From positions 1 through 63,823 of IMG/VR virus record IMGVR_UViG_3300020034_000013: a stretch of DNA of 63,823 nt. One strand, given 5' to 3'. The notes under the pieces are model-generated. The model searched no databases. It was not told the origin of the DNA and saw only the letters and a program-made list of their open reading frames with translations. Source of the stretch: a virus (taxonomy: Duplodnaviria > Caudoviricetes). Below, piece by piece: positions 56,436 through 63,823 of this stretch. The first letter of the stretch is position 1. Each line of letters begins with the position of its first letter. Position numbers and translations under genes: made by a program.

Positions 56436-57775
56436 TCACGGCTTATCTCCAGTTCTCTTGAGGTACTTCAGCCTTATCTCCCTAAGTCTTGCGTCACGCC
56501 ACTCTGACAGGGTCTTTTGCGCCGGATCGTTGGCGGCGTATGAAAGAGCCACATTGCCCCAGGAGAAGTTCACACTCTGGACTTCACGTTCCTCGGGAGT
56601 CATGGGCGGGAGGGTCTTGGCCCACGCGATGAGCTCTTCATAGGTCATGTCGCTGGGCATGCTCATGTCATATCCTCGCGCACCGGACAACACCCAGGGC
56701 AGAACCAACCCACCCATTCATCAGGATCATCTTCTGCGTAGCCATCCACGATGCAATCCTCACACACGAACTCATCACATTCTCCGCATCTCACGGTCCA
56801 ATCCGCATCGATATCTTCAGTGCATGCAACACAGCAGTTCACGGTGCACCCTCCTCTTCGAGATAGCGAGCTGAATGGAAGAAGAACCCATGCCGGAGGA
56901 TTCGGATGCATTCAGATAGCATCTCCTCGTGGCCCTTCGCTCTACCAAGTTCAAAGGCCTTGATCAAATCCTCTCCGTACTCGACGGCTTTGAATCGGTC
57001 TTTGTCCACCTTGTCTTCAAGCGTTTCCCCGCCTTCTCCGAAATTATCCACGATCTTTATCCTCCTCGAGATACCCCGCGATGCATTTCGCGCACGCCTT
57101 GAAAGTCCCGATACAATCGCACTCGATGACCCACCGTGCCACGCCTTTGGTGGCGATCGCCCGTACACAATGGAGATCGTAGCCCTCAGTCTCCCAGACC
57201 ATGTACCTCCCATACGCGTCCGAAACGCCTACCGGAGGGGTCTTGGAGAGTTTTTCCGCCAGCACCAAGGCCATGTCCACCGTCGCACGAGTCTCATAGC
57301 GACTGAAATCTAATAGCCGGCTTACGCGGTATCTCACGGCTTGAGTCCTAGTTTTAGGTAGAGAGTGTCCTCTAGTTTCGCGAGGCGCTCCTGAAGTTCA
57401 TTGCATCGCTGCCGCACTTCTTCCAGACGATCCGTCGGCTCAGGCTTCTCCAGCTGTGACGTTGCGGGATTGAGCCAGGCTGTCGTGTTCACACTGAGTC
57501 TTTTCATTATGCTCTCCTTGAGTCTGCTGCGATGTATCTTCGAAAAGCTCAGCGGCTGCATGCTCTGCCATCTCGCGCGTGACATCGCTGTTCTCAATGA
57601 CGGCGTTTCCGTAGGCCCAGTCCGCAACCTCCTCACATGTGAGACGGGTAGATAATTTTCCCTCGGCCTGGAGTTGCTGCGCCTTGCGTTTCAACTTGTC
57701 GTACCGATCCTTTAAGTCTCCAGTGCGGCTCACGGCGTCGTCACACTCACGCCAGCAATCCCCATCACGAGCCAC
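56436..57775 (-). CDS. cluster of small hypothetical ORFs (56436-56666, 56663-56842, 56839-57047, 57044-57337, 57334-57507, 57440-57775)
   Basis: Tiling coupled ORFs; one is a multi-CxxC acidic protein. Confidence 0.5.
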
Positions 57776-57964
57776 TTGAGGCCATCTCCCCTCGCCGCGC
57801 CCTCCAACAGGTCACGATCCACCCTGGTGATCTGCGCTACCCCTCCGTGTCGCGTAGCAAGAAGATGTACTCCTCGTGGATATCACAGTACCGTACCTCC
57901 CAATGCATGCCGCCGGGGGTCGCGAATATCTTCAAATAGCCTCTAATCTCCTTGAGATGCCTTT

Positions 57965-58357
57965 TCATTTGCCACCCACACCCTCGATCGCCTCGTCTAG
58001 AACCGCCAGGACCTGCTCATGAGTCGTCTCTGGATCGTCGTTGAACGCTTGAGACGGGCTAAACAGGGTAAAGCCGAGCGACAGCGCACGTGCCACAACG
58101 CCCTCGACTTCACTGATCGCGCCCTCGCATCCAGGAGCAGTCGTCCCACCTGCAGCGCGGGTGATCGCTCCCTGTAGGCAGTAGCATGACGCCATTGGGT
58201 GGCATGCGTCCACGGGCAACCCCAAGGGACTCCTCGCGTGGGCACCCTTTGTCCAGCGGCACTCGTCTGACAGGAGACTCCTGGCGGCCCGAAGGACTTC
58301 TTCGACACTTTTACCACACAGATGGCTGTACGGACTGTAATGATTATTTTCGCTCAT
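57965..58357 (-). CDS. DUF6197-like protein
   Basis: VLRAAR.LL...WTKG, CYCLQGAI, FND...TTHEQVLAVLDEAI. Confidence 0.7.
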   Translation of the reverse strand: MSENNHYSPYSHLCGKSVEEVLRAARSLLSDECRWTKGAHARSPLGLPVDACHPMASCYCLQGAITRAAGGTTAPGCEGAISEVEGVVARALSLGFTLFSPSQAFNDDPETTHEQVLAVLDEAIEGVGGK

Positions 58358-58483
58358 CGTAATCTCCGAGATAAAGTGTGCGCCCTGGGTTAGTTAGGGT
58401 GTCACGAAGGCCGGCATTCTCCATACGAAGCTCTTCATTCTCGGATCTACAGATCTCGAGATCTTGGCGGAGCTGTTCGTTCT

Positions 58484-58792
58484 CTAGGCCCAAGGTATCC
58501 CAGCATGCCTTTCGGCCGTCACGCAAGCCCTCGAATCTCCACGGTCATCCTCCTCCATGTCCGAAATCGCACACTCTACAATTTCGCGGATACTGACCGG
58601 ATTGCTCTTGAGACGTTTGTAGTCGATCTCGCCAGAGGGAAGAATATCGAAGGACCCATGGTCTTTTGGCCAATATCGCGGAAAGTTTTTGACGTAGATG
58701 CGGGTGAAACCGACCTTGTTACGCGCTTTAGCCCGTTTTCCCGAGACCTTGAGTACTGCCACGATCTTGTCCGTCATCTCTTCCGTGGTCAT
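58484..58792 (-). CDS. early protein, paralog of 61594-61851
   Basis: TT.EM..KIV.VL...G..AK...K.G..RIYVK; promoter TTGACT-N16-TATCTT at 58835-58862. Confidence 0.7.
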   Translation of the reverse strand: MTTEEMTDKIVAVLKVSGKRAKARNKVGFTRIYVKNFPRYWPKDHGSFDILPSGEIDYKRLKSNPVSIREIVECAISDMEEDDRGDSRACVTAERHAGIPWA

Positions 58793-59580
58793 CTTCCCAT
58801 CCTCCTGTGGGCACCCACTGCCCTCACCCCATTGAAGATACACACGGAGATATCCGAGTCAAGACCCGTGGCGACGATTCCCTCACCACATCCGGCACAG
58901 GGTGAATCCAACGCAAAACCTAAGCATCAACGCATCAACGCATCCTCGATGTAGTCCCGCATCTTCTTCCTGCTCATCCGCGATGCGTACTATGGTCTAT
59001 ATTTCTCACGCCAACCTCTGCCATCCCAGGCCTGGTCCCCATAATGAGTCTAATCTCACATAGATTTCATCGCCGGCGTCGTCCCGGAGTACCGCATATC
59101 TCGCATAATCGCCCATCCGGCGCTGGCGAGATGGGCTCAGTGTATCCACGACCTCCCATTCCATGTCGGGATGGGTCTGCGGGTGCCGCCAAACCTGTCC
59201 GAGATTCATCCGCCGGCTCAATCCAGGCACATCCCCCACTCCGCTCATCGGCCTGCCTCATTGCACTCGTAGCAGAGACCCCGATGATGTCCCTTGGCGT
59301 GACTGCTCTCCACGTGGCAGGAGACGCAGCGGACGGCCATGTCAGCAGGGGCAACCTCGTATTCCTCCGCCACCGGCTTCTCAAAATATTCCTTCAGCAG
59401 CTTTCTGAAAATATTCTTTACATTCTTTTTTCGTAGACGCGTTCCTCAACGGGCCAGAATATCCAATCGGCTTTCCCTGGGAGTTGAAGACGATAGTGTC
59501 CCCCGGAACGAACCCGATATCCACCAGTCGAATAAAATACTCGAGCCGCTTCTCCTTGAGTTTGCATTTCAGATCCTGGC

Positions 59581-59988
59581 TCATTGCTTTATGAACCTCA
59601 CCGCGAAGGGCGTCTCGCAGCGCCCGTTGTCGAAGGTTCCTGTTCCGACATCGCCATTCCAGGTGACATCGACCGATTCAAGGCCAATCGCAACCGTGGT
59701 GCGGCAGATGAGCGCGTCGAAGTTCTGGACCACGCCCGGGAGCTCAGTAACCAGCAGCCCCTGATCGAACTCCGATACCGTGAGCGGCGTAGGGCCGCAT
59801 CCGCCGGATACGTAGTCCACGAGGTAGATCCCAGTAGGAGCTACGCACACGCTGTCGATCTTCGACTCGCTAGGCTTTTCTGCGGACACCGGAGCGTCTC
59901 CCCCGATGCTCTCGGGCGCCGGGTCCATTCCTTGCGCACAACCAGACAGAAGAACACACGCGATAATCTTGTATACGTTACCCATCAC
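59581..59988 (-). CDS. Cys-rich lipoprotein (family member 3)
   Basis: LLSGC lipobox; C..P.G.Y...C...C...W..G.G...C..F. Confidence 0.75.
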   Translation of the reverse strand: MMGNVYKIIACVLLSGCAQGMDPAPESIGGDAPVSAEKPSESKIDSVCVAPTGIYLVDYVSGGCGPTPLTVSEFDQGLLVTELPGVVQNFDALICRTTVAIGLESVDVTWNGDVGTGTFDNGRCETPFAVRFIKQ

Positions 59989-60724
59989 ACCACCCCCTGG
60001 CGGGAAAGCGCTGCCGCGTACTGTTCCCTAGCTGCGCGCACGTCGAGTCGCACCGCTTTGGTGATCTCGTGCAAGACGCCGTACTTGGCGCTGGTTCGCA
60101 TGAGGTTGTCGATCGCCACCTGATACTCGAGCCGAGCTGCTTGTTTTGCGTTCATGTTCCGTCTCCTCATCCACCATCTTTGCAACGCGTATCACTTTGT
60201 CAAGATGTGACTTTATTTTACCACCTTGCCTGACCGCGAACAATTGCAGGCAGAACCGATGTATATCTTCATTGTTCACGCTCCTCCGGAAGTATCATAG
60301 AGCTTTTTCGTTTTAGTGATATGCAAGAGATTTCCCTGTTCATCGACGATGTGGATTTCTGCTGGATGCCTCTTGGCGGAGCAGACATTAATAGAGTCCA
60401 GAATGAGCCCGGGCCGTTGTGTTTCATAGTTCCTCCAAAGACTTGCCCCGAGGTCCGTCAAGGTATATTTGATGGGGCCGGTCTCGGGGGGTTCTACGGT
60501 TCGATCGCTGAGGTAGTCCCACATAAATTGTGGGGACATCATAAGAAGCTCACTAATTGGTCGATGCGGGCCCGCGCCTCTTTGAGTTCTTGGGTCAGAC
60601 TACGGACGGTATCGTTGACGGTGACGACTTCTCTGTGTAGTTCTTCGCATCGCTGTAAGAGCAACTCGATAGTCCTTTCGGACTCAAATCTCTCGGCCTC
60701 GCACTCTTTACAGAAATCCTTCAT
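59985..60724 (-). CDS. small hypothetical ORFs (59985-60155, 60276-60542, 60539-60724)
   Basis: Coupled ORFs with RBS. Confidence 0.5.
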
Positions 60725-61242
60725 TTGCCACCCCATTCCTCGCACCGGATTTCTCGCACGATGTCCAAGAGAATTTCTGCCGTTGTTGCGTGTGCTAGTT
60801 TGGCCCGTGCTTGTATGCAAGAGACGGCGAATTCTTCACCGTCTCTATGGCCCTTGGTGTAAGCCACTTCACACTCCTCTACCCCTTTTGCGAAACCTTC
60901 ACGGTACTCTTTTTCGTGCGTCTCGTCCATTCGGTGGCGTTGGGGGGGATTCTCGGGACTCGGGGTGTTCTCCACGAGGTCTTCGGGTCGCGTGAATTTG
61001 ATCGACTCCAAGTGGGTGATTTGGGCTTTTAGTCTACCCACTTCTCGGGCTCGAAGATCCCCCGCCCTGTCGTGTGCGTCACTCCACCAAAAATACCATT
61101 CGCTGTCTTTGAGAAGATCCGCTTGAGGATCTTTCGGCGAGAAATATCGGAGAGTATTATACGCCTGTCCTGACTCGACAACCTCCCCTTCGAATGTGAG
61201 AATCCCGCGGGTAAGCGCATACTTGGTGCAATAGACTTTCAT
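60721..61242 (-). CDS. KVYCTKYALTRGI-family protein
   Basis: GAGGAGG RBS; paralogous to the upstream frameshifted copy. Confidence 0.7.
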   Translation of the reverse strand: MKVYCTKYALTRGILTFEGEVVESGQAYNTLRYFSPKDPQADLLKDSEWYFWWSDAHDRAGDLRAREVGRLKAQITHLESIKFTRPEDLVENTPSPENPPQRHRMDETHEKEYREGFAKGVEECEVAYTKGHRDGEEFAVSCIQARAKLAHATTAEILLDIVREIRCEEWGGK

Positions 61243-61251
61243 GATTCCTCC

Positions 61252-61511
61252 TCACGTACGTAGCGGATTTGAATCGCTAAACGAGAGCTTATTTAGGCGC
61301 TCGAGCTTCTTTTTACTTGAAACGATTGCAGCATCCCTCATCTCGAGGCAGCGCTCTCTAGCCTCCTCAAACGTCTCGAAAAACTCTCCTGGGGACAGAA
61401 ATGTGCCGTCGACCCCCCGGGGATAATCTCCTCGAACGAGGATCCCACGATTCGCCCTTCGACCTCCAGGATCCCTCGAGTCAATGCGTACTTGGTGCAG
61501 TAGACTTTCAC
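61252..61511 (-). pseudogene. frameshifted paralog of 60721-61242
   Basis: GGAGG-N-GTG start, KVYCTKYALTRGIL; the matching C-terminus (EFFETFEEARERC...KLERLNKLSF) lies in another frame after ~61445. Confidence 0.6.
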
Positions 61512-61593
61512 GACATTCCCTCCGTTAGCGCCGAATCGACCAGGTACCAGCCCCCAGCCATCTGGCGGATAAGACCACGTCAACACCATAACT

Positions 61594-61851
61594 TCATTCC
61601 CCTGCCTCAACAGAGAGAGCATCTTCAACCAAGTCACGAGTCCCCGCCATCTGCCTCGTGAGACCCTTGTAGTTGCGTTCCCCGCTCAGCAAAATCTCGA
61701 TGAAGCCGTGGTCCTTGGCGCCGTAGCCAAGTGCGCTCTTGACGTAGATGCGGACCAGGCCGCCCTTGTCCCACACCTTAGCGGCGCGGCCTTTGCTCTC
61801 GAGCACCTCAACAATCTTCTCCGCCATCTCGTCCGTGGTTATCGCGCTCAT
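61594..61851 (-). CDS. early protein, paralog of 58484-58792
   Basis: AKVWDKGGLVRIYV; promoter TTGACA-N16-TATCTT at 61894-61921. Confidence 0.75.
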   Translation of the reverse strand: MSAITTDEMAEKIVEVLESKGRAAKVWDKGGLVRIYVKSALGYGAKDHGFIEILLSGERNYKGLTRQMAGTRDLVEDALSVEAGE

Positions 61852-61931
61852 CGTCTCATCCTCCCGGGGACATCCACTGCCCTCACCCCACTGAAGATAA
61901 TTCTCTCTCGGGGTCTGTCAACGGGTACACC

Positions 61932-61962
61932 AAAGAAAAAGCCCCAGGGTAGCCGGGGCTTG
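61932..61962 (-). terminator. rho-independent terminator
   Basis: AAGCCCCGG-CTAC-CCTGGGGCTT-TTTCTTT. Confidence 0.8.
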
Positions 61963-61987
61963 GAAGAAACGGCCTCGTGTACCTTAG

Positions 61988-62056
61988 GGCCGCCGACCGG
62001 ATCTGCCGGCATCTATCTCTTTTACTCGAGATCCCTCTGCTTGGGGTACGGTTGCC
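61988..62056 (-). ncRNA. degenerate tRNA-like element
   Basis: GGCAACCG/CGGCGGCC closing stem (6/8 pairs), UA linker, three hairpins in cloverleaf order; T-loop is non-canonical. Confidence 0.35.
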
Positions 62057-62071
62057 AGTACCCGAGACCGG

Positions 62072-62160
62072 GGCATCGACGTGGATTCGAACCACACGAG
62101 CCGGGCTATCGGCTCTCCTCCTCAGGGTTCCCTGAGATGCACCCCATGTGCTTTCGATGC
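62072..62160 (-). ncRNA. tRNA-like RNA (long variable arm) lacking a canonical anticodon loop
   Basis: Perfect 7 bp acceptor GCATCGA/TCGATGC, D-stem GCAC/GTGC, variable arm GAGCCG/CGGCTC, T-arm GTGG-TTCGAAT-CCAC. Confidence 0.7.
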
Positions 62161-62173
62161 AGTTGTCGAGGAG

Positions 62174-62647
62174 CTACACGGCGGTGAAGTAGAACTTCTG
62201 GAAGGTTTTACCCTCGTGCTTACCCTTGCCCGCTTCGTCCTCGACCCGAATGCGGACTTTGGACCCCTTGTAAAGATCATCGGCCCACTCCACGAGTTTG
62301 ACCTCGATCGCTTTGGAGGCTCCAGTTTTCTCCTCTTGATTGAGATCGCTTCGGTCCAGACCCTCGCAAGCGAAGGCAAGTTGGTACAGAAGGTCTGTAC
62401 TGGGCCCCGCCGACAGACCATTCATGCTGCGATACCAAGAACGCTCCGAGCCAACCCGAATCCCGGGATTATCGGACTCTACGACTTTGAACTCACCAAT
62501 GAGCGCACTTCCGTGCATTTTGGTCTCGAACGCGAGGAGTTTCTTGACCTCGACAACATAATTCCCGATTTCAAACCCCGGGAGGCGATCCGTAATCTCC
62601 TTCGAACCCGTGCCCGTGAAAAGTTTCTTTGCGAGATTGCTTGACAT
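62174..62647 (-). CDS. single-stranded DNA-binding-like protein (putative)
   Basis: G.YVVEV, EFKVVES, G.KVRIRV, F.K..F suggest an OB fold; next to the helicase. Confidence 0.55.
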   Translation of the reverse strand: MSSNLAKKLFTGTGSKEITDRLPGFEIGNYVVEVKKLLAFETKMHGSALIGEFKVVESDNPGIRVGSERSWYRSMNGLSAGPSTDLLYQLAFACEGLDRSDLNQEEKTGASKAIEVKLVEWADDLYKGSKVRIRVEDEAGKGKHEGKTFQKFYFTAV

Positions 62648-62686
62648 GTACTTACCTATTTGTGGTGCGTGTGTGTGTTTTGAGCG

Positions 62687-63823
62687 CTATGCTCGATTCC
62701 AACGATAGCCTGCCTGAGAGAGTATGTCCACTTCTTTTGGGAGTATTTTATCCGCGAGCGTTAGGCGTTGCGTCGATCCCATCATGTCCCCCGTGGCCTT
62801 AGCTTGCGCCATTGCCTTGTGTAGCGCCTCCCAATGCTCGATGCAACCGATCATTACGTCCACACTTACTTCATCGCTGCGATGTCCTGGTCGATGCGTT
62901 CTCCCTAGGAGCTGTTCCCACTGTTTGGCGGAGGGATCGGGGGCAGAAATGAGGTTGCGATCCCACGTCTTTTGCAGGTTGAGGCCCTCCACGCAAGCGA
63001 ATGCACTGGCGATGATCGGTACCGGCTTGTCCACGACGTGGTCGGCGAAGGCTTGTAGATGTCGGCCTTGAGCATCGGTGGCCTCTTGTCCGAAGTAGGG
63101 GACCCCGGTGCGCCGAGAGAGCTCCCGACCAAAAAATACGTGGGACACCCACACGATACCCGGTCCCTGTTTTATCCACGCTTCACAGGTCGCCAGTGCA
63201 CTTTCATCGTGCCAAATGTCCTTGGGGTTGATCTTGAAGGTCGGCCGTATGGCGCGCCACTTGGCCAATGGTTCTCGGCCACTTGGCAGCTTGCCATCAT
63301 CCACTGCATTGGTCACTGCGAGTTCGGAGTCTATGGATTGAGACCGCGACAAGATCTCTCTCACGTAGGACGCCCACTCCCGTCGAGCATCACGCCATAC
63401 CTCGGGTGGACGTGGAGACCATACACCGTTGAAACCCAGTGCGAGTTGCCGCGCGTACATCCATTCGAGTGCGGATTCAGAAAACGTCCAACCGTCCGGA
63501 GTCTCATTGAGCGTGCGCAATGTCTCGAAATTCGCCTCCGTGGTGGCAGATGTTTGGTACACAAGGGCCTGTAGATAAAGAGAAGCCCCCACGCCCTCCG
63601 CATCGGCGCCCGCAGCTACTACTCCGGGGGTAGCCACCAAGCGAGCATGAAAACCTCGCCTTGCGGCTTGCAGCGCGCTATCGTGCTTACCTGGGGGTGA
63701 CCAGTCCACGAGAGGTCCGGGGCGCACCCTCTTGAGGGGATTTACTTTCTCGTCAAGACAATCGGCCCACTCGGAAAGTTCTTGATCGGAAGAAGGCACG
63801 GGGGCACCTGACTTGTGAGTGAA
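62687..63823 (-). CDS. SF2 helicase, C-terminal part (open to the window end)
   Basis: GIVWV, EGLNLQ, WEQLLGRTHRPG (motifs IV-VI); frame is open to 63823 (FTHKSGAPVP...). Confidence 0.88.
   Translation of the reverse strand, partial: FTHKSGAPVPSSDQELSEWADCLDEKVNPLKRVRPGPLVDWSPPGKHDSALQAARRGFHARLVATPGVVAAGADAEGVGASLYLQALVYQTSATTEANFETLRTLNETPDGWTFSESALEWMYARQLALGFNGVWSPRPPEVWRDARREWASYVREILSRSQSIDSELAVTNAVDDGKLPSGREPLAKWRAIRPTFKINPKDIWHDESALATCEAWIKQGPGIVWVSHVFFGRELSRRTGVPYFGQEATDAQGRHLQAFADHVVDKPVPIIASAFACVEGLNLQKTWDRNLISAPDPSAKQWEQLLGRTHRPGHRSDEVSVDVMIGCIEHWEALHKAMAQAKATGDMMGSTQRLTLADKILPKEVDILSQAGYRWNRA

Noticed and set aside
59852-59864. 13 bp match (CGAAGATCGACAG on the - strand) to the AEDRQYDE repeat
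   Set aside because: Mid-gene, read in a different frame (SKIDS) and without RBS or stop; plausibly chance.
1-63823. Stop-codon reassignment suggested by the TGA at 4-6
   Set aside because: Conserved genes are intact under code 11, and TGA, TAG and TAA all end coupled genes.

Overview
The window is an apparently near-complete, circularly permuted ~64 kb tailed phage genome with a contractile (Mu-like sheath/baseplate) tail. It starts and ends inside the same superfamily-2 helicase gene. The + strand arm (2.9-42.3 kb) carries a primase-VapE helicase, a probable origin, terminases, portal, scaffold, capsid, neck, tail, baseplate, fibres, a large lipoprotein resembling a polysaccharide lyase, and a lysis cassette. 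The - strand arm (42.3-63.8 kb plus 0-2.7 kb) carries two DNA methyltransferases, a RuvC-like resolvase, nucleotide-metabolism enzymes, an HNH nuclease, family A DNA polymerase, an SSB-like protein, the helicase, a Cas4-like nuclease and many small ORFs. No integrase, CRISPR array or reverse transcriptase was seen. A Myxococcota-like host is inferred from D(S/A)G repeats and Cys-rich lipoproteins. The most unusual signals are: (1) three consecutive unrelated genes in the methyltransferase operon ending in the same peptide AEDRQYDE, with only synonymous differences between copies; (2) two tandem tRNA-like RNAs without normal anticodon loops; (3) a genome-wide TTGAC-N16 promoter family, often leaderless, driving morons; (4) three dispersed paralogous Cys-rich exported proteins; (5) a triple-repeat, non-PAAR candidate spike-tip module. 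All product calls come from motifs and synteny read by eye; no database search was run.
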